Positions 1 through 10,561 are shown, counted from the first letter of the stretch. The stretch: 64,000 bases of DNA from an uncultured Candidatus Saccharibacteria bacterium (GCA_964446735.1 CAYUQB010000001.1:27892-91891), one strand, 5' to 3'. The notes: generated by a model from the sequence alone, not told the origin. Made by a program: numbers and translations.

Positions 1-30
1 CCTTCTTTTCAGGTATAGTTATCTAACTTC

Positions 31-771
31 ATGCATATACTCATTCTTCAATCGCGTCGTCGTCCCGAAATGCTTGCACTCGAGCAGGGCGAATATACGC
101 GCGCGCTTGCGGGTACCGACGCCACTGCGTCGTTCATTTCCACTCTTGATCCCACGCAGGCATGGACCGAGCCCGCGCAACTCCTTACCGATATCGATGG
201 GGTCATCTTGGGGGGATCCGGGGAGTTCGATTTTGATGGAGGACGCGCCGACGATGATGACGCGCGGCGTATATCGCACGAGATCGTCGCTCGACTTAGT
301 GACCTACTTTCCTACATACACGAGCATCACGTACCACTGCTTGGCATCTGCTATGGGCATCAGATTGTGGCAGAGCATCAGGGCGTATCGGTGCGTAATG
401 ACCCGATGCAAAAGAAGGTTGGATCGTATCTTGTAACACTCACCGAAGCAGGGAAGAACGATCCATTCTTTGGCACCATGCCGGAGTCGTTCATGGCACA
501 GTACGGGCATAAGGATAGTCTGACAGCGCTCCCTCAAGGAGCAGAGCTACTGGCGACTGGTGCAGCATGCAAATTCAGTGCACTTCGCTATGGTCCTCTC
601 GCGTATACGGTGCAATTCCATCCAGAGCTCACGGCACAGGATGTAGAAACGAAACTGCGCCTTTCGCCGGGGTATCTCCCAGAGGATGCTGACACCGGAG
701 AGCTCATCAAACCGTCTCCTGAAGCATCGACGCTGATACCACGATTCATTGAGTTGATTCGGAGCCGATAA
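31..771 (+). CDS. Class I glutamine amidotransferase (GMP synthase GATase-like)
   Basis: ILGGS, GICYGHQ (catalytic Cys) and QFHPE (His/Glu) motifs. Confidence 0.85.
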   Translation: MHILILQSRRRPEMLALEQGEYTRALAGTDATASFISTLDPTQAWTEPAQLLTDIDGVILGGSGEFDFDGGRADDDDARRISHEIVARLSDLLSYIHEHHVPLLGICYGHQIVAEHQGVSVRNDPMQKKVGSYLVTLTEAGKNDPFFGTMPESFMAQYGHKDSLTALPQGAELLATGAACKFSALRYGPLAYTVQFHPELTAQDVETKLRLSPGYLPEDADTGELIKPSPEASTLIPRFIELIRSR

Positions 772-787
772 TCGTAGGGTGAGGCAA

Positions 788-817
788 CAAAATGACCCGC
801 AGGTGCGGGTCATTTTG
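788..817 (+). terminator. Intrinsic terminator hairpin
   Basis: CAAAATGACCCGC-aggt-GCGGGTCATTTTG 13-bp stem after the GATase stop. Confidence 0.7.
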
Positions 818-860
818 CGTTCAGCGGATCTTCATCACCGTGGGGATAACGTGCGGCTAG

Positions 861-906
861 GTGGGAGAGAGTGGCATATAATTCCATATTAGTGGGATGA
901 AGTGGG
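861..906 (+). promoter_or_regulatory. mraZ promoter with MraZ boxes
   Basis: GTGGG/GTGGC at 861, 871, 892, 902 (10-bp period) flanking TATAAT at 877-882. Confidence 0.7.
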
Positions 907-960
907 AAGGCCGTTTTTCTTCTTCTTTCCGGCCCTCTCTCCCTCCTGCAGACCCCTTAT

Positions 961-1395
961 ATGTTTATCGGTGAATACCGTCACACGTTCGACAGCAAGA
1001 ACCGTATATCGCTACCTGCCAAGTTTCGAAAGGAACTGGGTTCTTCAGTCATCGTGACGCGTGGTCTCGACCGATGTCTCTTTGTGTATCCCAAGGCTGC
1101 CTGGAAAAAACAGGCAGAACGGATTGCCATGCATTCAAGCGGAACCGCAGCAGGACGCGGACTCTCTCGCCTCATGCTCGCCGGTGCGGTTGAAGCCGAC
1201 GTAGATAGCGCCGGCCGCGTTCTTGTTCCCGATTACCTTCGTTCCTTCGCCTCGCTCAAGGAAAAGAGTGTGGTGGCGGGAGTGAATGATCGGGTCGAAG
1301 TATGGGATGAGAAAACATGGGCTTCCTACACTAAGTCCATCGAGCGCGATGCGGATGAGTTCGCCGAGCGTCTTGGCTCTTCAGGAGCTCTCTAG
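961..1395 (+). CDS. mraZ: Transcriptional regulator MraZ
   Basis: MFIGEY..DSKNR..LP and DSAGR..VP repeats; upstream of rsmH. Confidence 0.97.
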   Translation: MFIGEYRHTFDSKNRISLPAKFRKELGSSVIVTRGLDRCLFVYPKAAWKKQAERIAMHSSGTAAGRGLSRLMLAGAVEADVDSAGRVLVPDYLRSFASLKEKSVVAGVNDRVEVWDEKTWASYTKSIERDADEFAERLGSSGAL

Positions 1396-1398
1396 TCT

Positions 1399-2346
1399 AT
1401 GTCTGAACGCCACGAGACCGTCCTTCTGCATGACGCCATCGAGGCACTTGCGGTACGTCCAGGAGACGTAGCAGTCGATGCAACTCTCGGAGCCGCAGGA
1501 CACTTCCGAGAGCTTCTCGTTGCAGTAGGGGAGCAGGGTACCGTGGTTGGCATCGATGCGGACGAGGCATCAATTGAGCGTGCTGCAGCCATCGCCAAAG
1601 AATTCCCGAATGGGCCAGTCACTCATCTGGTACATGACAACTTCCGTAATCTAGGACACATTCTCGACGAGCGCGGTATCGACTGCATCGATCGTGCACT
1701 CTTCGACCTCGGATGGAATACCTTTCAGCTTTCAGCTGGCAAAGGTTTCTCCTTCCGTACAGACGAACCACTCCTGATGACCTATGGCGACCCAGAGGAA
1801 GGACACAGCGCTGCTGATCTGGTGAACTCGCTTTCAGAGGAAGAGCTCGCCGACCTCATCTACACCTACGGCGAAGAGCGTTTTTCACGCAGTATCGCTC
1901 GATCAATCGTAGAAACCCGAAAGAGTGCCCGCATCCTCACTACCCGAGCACTCGCTGAAGCAGTAGAACGAGGTACTCCCGGCTGGTACCAGCACCGCCG
2001 CCTGCACCCTGCAACCAAAACATTCCAGGCACTGCGTATAGCTGCAAATGATGAGTTGGGTGCGCTCCGCGATGCATTGGTAGTTGCCTTTGAGCGACTG
2101 ACGCTCGGCGGGCGCATCGCCGTCATTTCCTTCCACAGTATTGAGGATCGAATCGTGAAGTCCGCGATGAAGGATGCTGCGTATGCCGGAAAGGGAAGCG
2201 TGGTGACCAAGAAGCCGCTCACACCGGGAGCGGAAGAACTCGCCCGGAATCCTCGTGCGCGCAGCGCAAAGCTCCGAGTCTTTGAGCGCTGCACCGCAGA
2301 TGGGGTCTGCATTACTAAACCAACGAGCATGCATCTCTATGTCTAA
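1399..2346 (+). CDS. rsmH: 16S rRNA m4C1402 methyltransferase
   Basis: HETVLL, DATLGAAGH, GFSF, HPATKTFQALRIA.N, ISFHSIEDRIVK, NPRARSAKLR. Confidence 0.97.
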   Translation: MSERHETVLLHDAIEALAVRPGDVAVDATLGAAGHFRELLVAVGEQGTVVGIDADEASIERAAAIAKEFPNGPVTHLVHDNFRNLGHILDERGIDCIDRALFDLGWNTFQLSAGKGFSFRTDEPLLMTYGDPEEGHSAADLVNSLSEEELADLIYTYGEERFSRSIARSIVETRKSARILTTRALAEAVERGTPGWYQHRRLHPATKTFQALRIAANDELGALRDALVVAFERLTLGGRIAVISFHSIEDRIVKSAMKDAAYAGKGSVVTKKPLTPGAEELARNPRARSAKLRVFERCTADGVCITKPTSMHLYV

Positions 2347-2674
2347 TCGAAAGAACACACTACGCCACCGAATGGAGGCACTCGCCATTGCGATGCCCGA
2401 TCAGACTGCACAAGCACTCTCGTATGTAGCAGGCATCCTCTTTGTCTTCTATCTTGGCTTCGTCATTACGACGATCACCCTTGCTACGTTGCAAACGACT
2501 CTGTCCGCCGAAGTCCGCGAGACCGAGGGCCTTATTGCTGAACTCGAGCGCACTTACTACGACGCGCTTGCCCGAGAGCACATGACCCACCCGAGCGACG
2601 TTGGGCTCACTACGCCAACCGTTGTTGAGTACGCGGTAGAGCGCTCCTCACCCAGCGTTACGTTCGCACGCTAG
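2339..2674 (+). CDS. FtsL-like single-TM/coiled-coil protein
   Basis: Position between rsmH and ftsI; one TM followed by coiled coil; start uncertain. Confidence 0.6.
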   Translation: MSNRKNTLRHRMEALAIAMPDQTAQALSYVAGILFVFYLGFVITTITLATLQTTLSAEVRETEGLIAELERTYYDALAREHMTHPSDVGLTTPTVVEYAVERSSPSVTFAR

Positions 2675-2680
2675 TCGGAT

Positions 2681-4411
2681 ATGCGTCGCGCGGTCAGGGT
2701 CCGGCTCCGTCTTATCTCGGCCGGCGTCGCGCTCATCGCGCTTCTCCTGATCACGCGCCTGTATTTCGTGCAAATCGTCCATGGACGGGACTTCTCACTG
2801 CGTGCTGATCGTCAGTATGTAAGTTCCAGCCAAGAGCTCTATGACCGCGGCAGTATCTACTTCACACGTAAGGACGGGACGCTGTTATCCGCAGCTTCTC
2901 TCGGGACGGGCTTCACCATTTCTATGCATCCATCAAAGCTCGAGAATCCTGAGAGTGTGTATGAGAAGATCAACGCGTTGGTGCCGATCGAGAAAGAAGC
3001 CTTCCTCACGTCTGCCGCAAAGTCCGAGGATCCGTACGAAGTAATCACCAAACGAGTTTCGGAAGATACCGGACGAGCCATCGATGCGCTCGATCTTCCA
3101 GGTATTACGGTGTCTCGTGAGCGTTGGCGTACCTATCCTGGAGAGACCCGCGCCGCACAGTCCATAGGATTTGTCGCCTATGACAATGACAACACCCTTG
3201 CCGGCCGATTCGGGCTTGAAAGCTACTACAACGATGTGCTCGATCGTAGCGCAGTCGGACTCTTCGGGAATTTCTTTGCCGAACTGTTCGCGAATCTCGA
3301 TAACGTCGTTGTGGACGCTCGTGCGTCACGACAGGGTGACATTGTCACTTCCATTGACCCTATCGTGCAGGAGAAGCTGGATCAGATTCTCATTGAAATC
3401 CAAACACAGTACGGAAGTACAGAAACCGGCGGCATCATTATGAATCCGGAAACCGGAGAGATCATTGCGCTTGATACCTATCCTTCCTTCGATGCGAACG
3501 ATTTCAGGAATGGCAATCCGGAGCATTTTGGAAACCCGCTGGTCGAGCACCAGTATGAGTTCGGTTCGATCATGAAGCCCATCACTATGGCAGCAGGACT
3601 TGATGCGGGAGTCATCGGACCCGATTCAACATACAACGACACGGGATGTATGACCGTGAACACCAGGACATTCTGCAACCATGACCTCAAAGCACGTGGG
3701 CCGGCAACTCCTATGCAAGAAGTGCTCTCCCAGTCACTTAACATCGGAGCAGCACATATTGCCACCAAGCTTGGTCACGAACGGTTCCGCACCTATTTCA
3801 AGAAGCTTGGATTCGGTACGGAAACGGGCATTGACCTGCCCAGTGAAGTATCGGGCAACATCCGCAACATCGAGACCAGTCCACGTGACATTGAATACAA
3901 CACCGCTTCCTTTGGACAAGGTATCGCTGAAACTCCGGTACAGATGATCAAAAGTCTCGGTGCACTCGCAAACGATGGGAAGGTCGTGACGCCCCATCTC
4001 GCTCGTGCCATTAAGCTTGAGAATGGGGTAACAAAAACACTGTCGTGGGATAAACCAGTTGAAGTGTTCAAACCGAAAGCGGTGGAGGATACAACCCGTA
4101 TGCTCGTGAAGGTTGTTGATACAAAACTTGCAGACGGGACACTCAAGATCCCGAACATGAGCGTTGCTGCAAAAACAGGAACCGCACAGGTGGCAGGATC
4201 GGGCGGGAAGTATGCTGAGGGGCGTTATTTCCACTCCTTTTTCGGGTATTTCCCGGCGTATGACCCGAAATACATCATTCTGCTCTACACCAAGGAACCG
4301 CAAGGAGTGCAGTATGCGTCCGAGACCCTTACGCGCCCCTTCATGGAGCTTACGCATTTCCTGATAAACTATTACGTCGTACCACCTGATCGGGCGGACA
4401 CGGCATCGTAA
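2681..4411 (+). CDS. ftsI: Class B penicillin-binding protein (FtsI/PBP2-like)
   Basis: N-terminal TM, RGSI, GS.MK, SLN and KTGT motifs; dcw position. Confidence 0.9.
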   Translation: MRRAVRVRLRLISAGVALIALLLITRLYFVQIVHGRDFSLRADRQYVSSSQELYDRGSIYFTRKDGTLLSAASLGTGFTISMHPSKLENPESVYEKINALVPIEKEAFLTSAAKSEDPYEVITKRVSEDTGRAIDALDLPGITVSRERWRTYPGETRAAQSIGFVAYDNDNTLAGRFGLESYYNDVLDRSAVGLFGNFFAELFANLDNVVVDARASRQGDIVTSIDPIVQEKLDQILIEIQTQYGSTETGGIIMNPETGEIIALDTYPSFDANDFRNGNPEHFGNPLVEHQYEFGSIMKPITMAAGLDAGVIGPDSTYNDTGCMTVNTRTFCNHDLKARGPATPMQEVLSQSLNIGAAHIATKLGHERFRTYFKKLGFGTETGIDLPSEVSGNIRNIETSPRDIEYNTASFGQGIAETPVQMIKSLGALANDGKVVTPHLARAIKLENGVTKTLSWDKPVEVFKPKAVEDTTRMLVKVVDTKLADGTLKIPNMSVAAKTGTAQVAGSGGKYAEGRYFHSFFGYFPAYDPKYIILLYTKEPQGVQYASETLTRPFMELTHFLINYYVVPPDRADTAS

Positions 4412-4414
4412 TCC

Positions 4415-5704
4415 ATGAAAGCACTCCTCAAGGCTCCCATAGCAGGACTCCTCGCGCTATTGTCGCGCGCCATCATCAGAAAGTACCGACCCCAGGTCAT
4501 CATGATCACGGGAAGCGTGGGGAAGACGAGTGCAAAAGATGCGGTGGCCGCCATGCTTGCCGCTCATACGGAGGTCAGAGCGAGTGAGAAAAGCTACAAC
4601 AGTGAGTTTGGGGTGCCGTTCACTATCATTGGGGTCAAGAACCCGTGGATGAGTATTCCTGCATGGATACATGTCATTGATGAAGCACTTTCACTCATCT
4701 TCCTCTCACATCGCTATCCCAAGGCACTTGTGCTTGAAGTGGGTGCAGATCGACCCGGAGACCTTGCGCGCATTCTCCGCATTGCCATTCCTGACGCGGT
4801 TGTCGTGACACGGCTTCCCGATGTACCGGTGCATGTAGAAGCGTACGCGACTCCTGCAGCAGTACGCCAGGAAGAGTTCGCTCCCGCGTACGCTCTTTCC
4901 CCGGGGGCTCCGCTCATTTTACCGTCGCGCGATTCTCATGCGATTGAAATGGCAAAGAATACTGAAGCCATCGTTACTCGATTCGGATTCTCAAAGGATG
5001 CGGAAGTGCACCTAGCGGAACCAGAAGTTGAATATCTTGATGGGCACCCGGTAGGGATGGTGGCGACGGCGACGGTTTCAGGAAAGAAGCACGTACTTCA
5101 TGCCAAGGGTGCACTGGGACGTCCGCAGATACTGGCTCCTGCGGCAGCACTTGCGACTGCGGTCGCACTGTCTGTTCCGCTTGATGAAGCGCTTGCAGGA
5201 CTCGCGTCATATGCACCACCAGCCGGAAGAGGAAGATTGTTGAATGGCCTTCGCGGTTCTATGTTGGTTGATGAGTCGTATAACGCATCTCCCGCAGCGG
5301 TAGAGGAAGCACTCGTCGCACTTTCTTTGCTTACCCATGCACACCGCCGTATCGCGGTTCTTGGCGATATGCTAGAGCTTGGTCGGTACTCACGTCAGGA
5401 GCATGAGCGCATTGGGCGTCTTGCTGCAGAGCATGCACAACAACTGATCGCAGTGGGGAAGCGCTCACGAGTTATGGGGGATGCTGCCCGTGCTGCGGGC
5501 CTTGCCGAGTCCTCTGTTCACTGCTTCGATACCGCCGACCAGGCTGCTGAATATCTTGCGCTGGCAGTAGAAGCGGGAGACGTCATTTTGATTAAGGGGT
5601 CACAGTCTATGCGTACTGAACGCATTGTTGAGACGTTGCTAGCTGATCCGTCTGATTCTGTATATTTGGTACGCCAGGATCCCGAGTGGAAGCTGAAGAA
5701 ATAA
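4415..5704 (+). CDS. murF: UDP-MurNAc-tripeptide D-Ala-D-Ala ligase
   Basis: ITGSVGKTS, YNSEFG, DESYNASP, LGDMLELG, IKGSQ. Confidence 0.92.
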   Translation: MKALLKAPIAGLLALLSRAIIRKYRPQVIMITGSVGKTSAKDAVAAMLAAHTEVRASEKSYNSEFGVPFTIIGVKNPWMSIPAWIHVIDEALSLIFLSHRYPKALVLEVGADRPGDLARILRIAIPDAVVVTRLPDVPVHVEAYATPAAVRQEEFAPAYALSPGAPLILPSRDSHAIEMAKNTEAIVTRFGFSKDAEVHLAEPEVEYLDGHPVGMVATATVSGKKHVLHAKGALGRPQILAPAAALATAVALSVPLDEALAGLASYAPPAGRGRLLNGLRGSMLVDESYNASPAAVEEALVALSLLTHAHRRIAVLGDMLELGRYSRQEHERIGRLAAEHAQQLIAVGKRSRVMGDAARAAGLAESSVHCFDTADQAAEYLALAVEAGDVILIKGSQSMRTERIVETLLADPSDSVYLVRQDPEWKLKK

Positions 5705-5850
5705 TGTGGTGATCCACATTAGTCGTAACTGGAACCCCGTCGGTCTCAGAGCTGAGTGGGTGGTTAGTATTTGGGAGAGCGGTAGAAACAACATAGCTCC
5801 CTTACCGAAGGGTAGGGAGCTCCCGGGACTAATCGGGCTAAGTCAGTAGA

Positions 5851-6120
5851 TCAGCGGCAGCTGGCCAGGTCGTCGCGGAGCCACTTCCGCAGATCGGTTT
5901 TCAACGTCTCCTCGCCTAGACTGACGATGACGTTGGGAACTTGCTCCCAGAAGGAGTCGTCCTCGGCGATACGTTGACCGATGTCGAGGAGCTGGCCGCA
6001 GGTGGTCTGCAGAAGCGCTTCCATGCTCATGCCGATCGGTGGCTGAGTCCCGGTTTGTTCGAGAAATTCAAGGTGCTCGTACACACCGCGGCACTTCATG
6101 GAATTGACGTTTTTCCACAT
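5851..6120 (-). CDS. Hypothetical orphan protein
   Basis: ORF with own TTGACT..TATAAA promoter near 6165-6197 and a downstream hairpin near 5796-5821; start uncertain. Confidence 0.5.
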   Translation of the reverse strand: MWKNVNSMKCRGVYEHLEFLEQTGTQPPIGMSMEALLQTTCGQLLDIGQRIAEDDSFWEQVPNVIVSLGEETLKTDLRKWLRDDLASCR

Positions 6121-6201
6121 CTTTCGGTTTCCTAACGTAAAGGCATAATTGCCAGACAAGCTAGATAGTTTATAGCACTATATTATTGAAAAGTCAATTT
6201 G

Positions 6202-6273
6202 TGACCCTACGGGGATTCGAACCCCGATTCCCGCCGTGAGAGGGCGGTGTCCTAACCATTAGACGATAGGGCC
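6202..6273 (-). tRNA. tRNA-Glu(CTC), CCA not encoded
   Basis: Cloverleaf GGCCCTA..TAGGGTC-A; anticodon loop CTCTCAC; T-loop TTCGAAT. Confidence 0.95.
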
Positions 6274-6359
6274 AAGTGTTGTGTTTTATAACACGGTACT
6301 AGACAAACGAAAACCGCCCGGCAGGGTCGAGCGGTCTTCGCTCGCCCCGCGTGGGCGGG

Positions 6360-6569
6360 TCATTCGCGCACATGCGCGGCTTGCATGCGTGCACTGCCGC
6401 TCTCGAGGTTCACCGTGACGTAGAACTGGTACTCGCCGACCGCACCAGGAACTGCCGAGAACCGCAGCTCCTTGCAAGCGGCCGAAACGGTCGTACCACC
6501 ACCTTCTCCATCGATGAACTCGAGGATGCAGGCACTCGCCTGACGGGCCGCATGTTTGATATCGGTCAT
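6360..6569 (-). CDS. Small hypothetical protein (69 aa)
   Basis: AGGAG SD before ATG (MTDIK...); hairpin downstream. Confidence 0.5.
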   Translation of the reverse strand: MTDIKHAARQASACILEFIDGEGGGTTVSAACKELRFSAVPGAVGEYQFYVTVNLESGSARMQAAHVRE

Positions 6570-6594
6570 AGTCGGTTCTCCTAGCCTGCTATGA

Positions 6595-7389
6595 CTATAG
6601 GGAATTGAGTCCGAAAGGCAATGTTCTAATACCGCATATCTTGTTTCGGTGTATGGAAAGGGCGAGTGCCCTCGTATCGAGCGCTTCGCCGATGCGTGCA
6701 GCCAGTGCACGCATATAGGTTCCTGAACCACATCGCACGGTGAGTTTTAGAACGGTATAGTCTCGAGCACCAAGTAAGATAGGTTGCCAGCTATTACGCA
6801 CATCATGAATACGAAAATCGGCACCGAGTTCTTTAGAAGGTTCGTCACTTCGAGGTGCTAGCGAGAGGAGGGAAGTGATGCGCTCAAACAGTTCAGGAGT
6901 CGAGAGGGTATAGGCACCTCGGTAGCGGATAGAACGGATACGTTCCATATGAGTTGGTATCTCGATAGTGTCGAGTGATCCTTCGAGTGCATGAAGGAAT
7001 AGTGGTTTTCCTGCCACTGGTTTAGAGGAAAAGATTGGATAGGGACGAGGGTGCTCACCGAGTTCCTGCGTTAGTACGCGTTGTATCTCGCGCACATCAG
7101 GATGTGTGTCTGATTCTGCCGCCTCGACGATACCAAGCACATCACCCGTATCACTTCCAATATCAAGCAACACCTCAATTCGATACTCCTTATCAAGTTC
7201 TGTGTACTCTTTTTGACGTTTACATTCATCTCCGAACAGAATCAGCAGCTTTCCAGAAGCCATAGGGTCAAGCCGCCCTGCATAACTTGCGGCGACCGTA
7301 CGGTATGCAGGGTGACCGTCCCTCCAACGCGTGAGTGCTTCCAGAGGTGTCTCGCCAACTCGTTTCTCAAGTAGGATGCGACGGCGCAT
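6595..7389 (-). CDS. truB: TruB-family pseudouridine synthase (short, no PUA domain)
   Basis: K..GETP, YAGRLDPMASG, KEY, GSDTGD, P.FSS, CGSGTYMR. Confidence 0.8.
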   Translation of the reverse strand: MRRRILLEKRVGETPLEALTRWRDGHPAYRTVAASYAGRLDPMASGKLLILFGDECKRQKEYTELDKEYRIEVLLDIGSDTGDVLGIVEAAESDTHPDVREIQRVLTQELGEHPRPYPIFSSKPVAGKPLFLHALEGSLDTIEIPTHMERIRSIRYRGAYTLSTPELFERITSLLSLAPRSDEPSKELGADFRIHDVRNSWQPILLGARDYTVLKLTVRCGSGTYMRALAARIGEALDTRALALSIHRNKICGIRTLPFGLNSL

Positions 7390-7451
7390 ACCTCTACTGT
7401 ACCTGAATGAGTTCCGCCCCGCGATGCGTTCTGCATCGGGGGCGGGAATCT

Positions 7452-7766
7452 TCAGGAAAGGAGCGGGTGGGCGACGTTCGTGCGAAAGCCCAAGAAGAGG
7501 AGCAGGAGCGAACGCAGGTCATATGCCTGTTTCCGTGCGCTCTCAGCGCCGTGTGCGACGATCGACTTCTTGATCCGCATGCCATTGTCGTCGAGGCGCT
7601 CTATGTCGAGTGTACCCCTACAACGACGTTGGAGCTTATCGAGCGCAACGATCGGCACGTTCGCACCGATGCCATCGGGGAACGTCCCCTCGAGCGTATA
7701 GCCCCATCCAGGAGGTACGTCCTCGTCCTTTCTGAAGGTTATGGTGCCGTGTAAGAACCGAATCAT
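7452..7766 (-). CDS. Hypothetical orphan protein
   Basis: GGAGG SD before MIRFLHG; hairpin near 7410-7448. Confidence 0.5.
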   Translation of the reverse strand: MIRFLHGTITFRKDEDVPPGWGYTLEGTFPDGIGANVPIVALDKLQRRCRGTLDIERLDDNGMRIKKSIVAHGAESARKQAYDLRSLLLLFLGFRTNVAHPLLS

Positions 7767-7852
7767 GTGGAGCCTCCGAATCAATGAGGGCCCCACCATC
7801 ACTGGAGGCCAGTATGCCACACGGCTATGAAAATTGAAGGAAGGTCAGTCTC

Positions 7853-8308
7853 TTAGGAGAGCAGTGAATCGACAACTGCTTTCACCTCGGCACCGTCAGC
7901 ACGACCCTTAAGGTCCTGCATTAGTGCACCAATGAACTTTCCGGCTCCTGCTTTATCCGTAACGTTAAGCTCGGCCATCTTGGCCCGTACTATGTGCTCA
8001 ATCTCCTCGCGTGAGAGTTGGGGAGGAAGGAGTGATTCAATGACCGCAAGTTCTTGTTGTTCTTGGATGACCAATTCCTCTCGTCCCGCTTTCTCGAACT
8101 GTTCGATGGAATCCTTACGTTGGTTAACTCCACGCCGAAGTACGGCGAGTGCCTCTTCGTCCGTAAGGAGTTCGTCGGGCTTACGCTTCTTTGCAACCAC
8201 TTCGTTAGTCATGGCGGCTGAAAGGGAACGGAACGTGCGAAGCTTCACTTCGTCCTTAGCCTTCAACGCCTCAGGAATACCTGCTTTGATCGTCTCGTGA
8301 ATGCTCAT
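7853..8308 (-). CDS. GatB/YqeY domain protein
   Basis: ALKAKD..L, KQR(K)DSIEQF..GR.EL, LP.QLS, GRADG motifs; start at MSIHET. Confidence 0.9.
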   Translation of the reverse strand: MSIHETIKAGIPEALKAKDEVKLRTFRSLSAAMTNEVVAKKRKPDELLTDEEALAVLRRGVNQRKDSIEQFEKAGREELVIQEQQELAVIESLLPPQLSREEIEHIVRAKMAELNVTDKAGAGKFIGALMQDLKGRADGAEVKAVVDSLLS

Positions 8309-8309
8309 A

Positions 8310-8582
8310 CTAGGCACGCTTGGGCTGAATTTCGTAATTCTTGTGCAAATGGATGAGATCCTTACGGAAGTCTTCCACAACCTTCGCTTCAACGGGCGCA
8401 AGCGTGAGCGAGCCGGTCTCGCATTCACGCATGCCTTCCTCAAGAAAGCCGAGCACCGTTGCCAGAAGTGGGAAATAATCCCCAGACTCGATATGGAACT
8501 CAAGCTGCTTCAAACGCTCGGGATTCCCAGATGTGTCTTCAAGACATTCGTACGGTGTGGCAAATGCATCAGATACACTCAT
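8310..8582 (-). CDS. Hypothetical protein
   Basis: ORF abutting yqeY on the same strand. Confidence 0.6.
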   Translation of the reverse strand: MSVSDAFATPYECLEDTSGNPERLKQLEFHIESGDYFPLLATVLGFLEEGMRECETGSLTLAPVEAKVVEDFRKDLIHLHKNYEIQPKRA

Positions 8583-8614
8583 ATCCCGTACGCACGTCGC
8601 GGTATACTGCCCGC

Positions 8615-9661
8615 ATGGATCTGTTCACCATCGCACTCATCTTACTTGCCCTCCTCTTTGTACAGGGCATAGGCCTCTATCTCATCTTGCGTAGGAAAGA
8701 AGAATCGAGCGTCGATGGCGCAGCGCCGCTCCTCATGCAGCGACTTGAGAGCCTTGAGCGCTCGCTTGATTCGCGCATGGCCGAATCCTCACGTCAGGTA
8801 CACGAGACCGTGCGGGTCCAGCTCGGGGAGTCGTCTCGTCTTATAAAGGAGATTACGGAAGAGATCACATCGGTAAAGGAGATTGGCCGACAGACCCAGT
8901 CATTCGCTGAACAACTTCAGAGTCTCCAGGACATTTTGAAGAATCCCAAACAGCGGGGCGTACTCGGTGAATACTTCCTCGAGACGGTGCTACGCAATGT
9001 GCTTCCTCCGGGCATGTACCAAATGCAGTATGGATTTGATAACGGTGAAATCGTTGACGCGGTGGTATTTGTAAATGAAAAGGTGGTACCCATCGATTCC
9101 AAGTTCTCACTCGAAAATTACAACCGTCTCGTGCATGCCGAGCCGGCTGAACGCCCGGCACTCGAAAAAGCATTTGTAAATGACCTCAAGCTTCGCATCA
9201 CTGAGACCGCTAAATACATCCGACCGGAGCAGGGAACCATGGACTTCGCATTCATGTTCATACCCTCTGAAGGCATCTACTACGATCTCCTTACGAATCA
9301 AGTGGGAGCAGGGGAGGATGAGAACCTTATCCAGCGCGCGGCTTCTAAGAATAAAGTCATCATCGTCTCACCCACTTCATTCTTGGCATATCTTCAAACC
9401 GTACTTCAGGGACTCAAGGCACTTCAGATCGAACAAAAGGCAGTCGAGATCCAAAAGCGAGTGGGTGAGCTTGGGAAGCATATTGGTAGCTATGAAGATT
9501 ACTACCGAAAGCTTGGCACTGCGCTTGGTACCGCCGTTTCTCATTACAATAGTGGGTATAAGGAGCTGGGGAAGATCGATAAGGACGTGTATCGGATTGC
9601 AGAGAGCAGGATTGGCATTGAGCAAGAGCTACTTGAGAAGCCTGCGCAGATCATTGACTAA
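8615..9661 (+). CDS. rmuC: DNA recombination protein RmuC
   Basis: N-terminal TM, K.RG.LGE..LE, PIDSKF, DFAFMFIPSEG, IVSPT. Confidence 0.92.
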   Translation: MDLFTIALILLALLFVQGIGLYLILRRKEESSVDGAAPLLMQRLESLERSLDSRMAESSRQVHETVRVQLGESSRLIKEITEEITSVKEIGRQTQSFAEQLQSLQDILKNPKQRGVLGEYFLETVLRNVLPPGMYQMQYGFDNGEIVDAVVFVNEKVVPIDSKFSLENYNRLVHAEPAERPALEKAFVNDLKLRITETAKYIRPEQGTMDFAFMFIPSEGIYYDLLTNQVGAGEDENLIQRAASKNKVIIVSPTSFLAYLQTVLQGLKALQIEQKAVEIQKRVGELGKHIGSYEDYYRKLGTALGTAVSHYNSGYKELGKIDKDVYRIAESRIGIEQELLEKPAQIID

Positions 9662-9726
9662 TTTAAAAGTTCTGCCATAGTCTCATCCAGGATCCTGGCA
9701 CCAACGCCGGGATGAGGAGAGATCAC

Positions 9727-10161
9727 ATGACTACGATTCGTCGAATGATGGGCGTTGCCATCCTGTTCATCTGCATCCTGTTCATCCCTCTCACCTTTCT
9801 CCTGCCCGACAGTGGGTCAGGCGACGGGTCTGAGGGAGGACCGGCCACCTACATCGCCGCCGCCGCCGTCATGGTCCTCGTATGGGTCGTCGGCTCGGCC
9901 TTCTACGGCTGGAAGCTGCTCAGGGAGGGCAGGCCGCGACGGCTACTGGCCGTCACCCTGGTAGCCCTCGAGGCCATCATGGTGTACCTGGTGTACATGG
10001 ACACGCAGGTGCGTCCGCACTACGAGCCCGCCCCGTGGCCGGGATATCTCGAGCGCTACGGCCTGATGCTCTTCCGTGGCATGCCCATCTTGATGCTTCT
10101 CGACCTGTTCCTGCCGCCCTGGTCGTTCAGACCGGGGCGTAGGGTGCCTGGCAGTACGTAG
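9727..10161 (+). CDS. Orphan 4-TM membrane protein
   Basis: Four hydrophobic segments; TTGACT promoter near 9655 and AGGAG SD. Confidence 0.6.
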   Translation: MTTIRRMMGVAILFICILFIPLTFLLPDSGSGDGSEGGPATYIAAAAVMVLVWVVGSAFYGWKLLREGRPRRLLAVTLVALEAIMVYLVYMDTQVRPHYEPAPWPGYLERYGLMLFRGMPILMLLDLFLPPWSFRPGRRVPGST

Positions 10162-10256
10162 GGCACCGAGGGCCGACCACACTTCCGTGGTCGGCCCCCT
10201 CGCGTTTATAGTAGAAGTAGCGTTCGCGCTGTTTCTTGTATCCCGAGGAAAGTGCC

Positions 10257-10469
10257 ATGTTTGCCAAGTTCCATCTTTCAAGGAAGGATCTCCTGCTCGC
10301 GTTTGTCCTCTTCTGTGCCGGTCTCGCTGCCTCATGGATTTACTATCACCAGCACCGGATTCAGAACATAGAATTCATCAGCTCAAAGCCCAAGGCAGGC
10401 CCGAATCCCATCCGGCTCTGCGACAATACCTGGTATATGACCACCGTTCGGTGCATCCAGAAGACCTAG
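10257..10469 (+). CDS. Small single-TM protein
   Basis: GAGGA SD, hydrophobic N-terminus, downstream hairpin. Confidence 0.45.
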   Translation: MFAKFHLSRKDLLLAFVLFCAGLAASWIYYHQHRIQNIEFISSKPKAGPNPIRLCDNTWYMTTVRCIQKT

Positions 10470-10561
10470 CGTCCATAGCTTCTCCCGCATCCATTGCGAA
10501 GCCGTCCGGGAACCCGGGCGGCCTTGCTTTTTAGGGCCTAGACCCTTAGGATAGGGAAACT

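Noticed and set aside
840-850. DnaA-box-like GTGGGGATAAC as an origin signal
   Set aside because: Single mismatched box, with no dnaA, box cluster or unwinding element nearby.
5703-5850. Structured ncRNA after murF
   Set aside because: The two hairpins are adequately explained as terminators of convergent genes.
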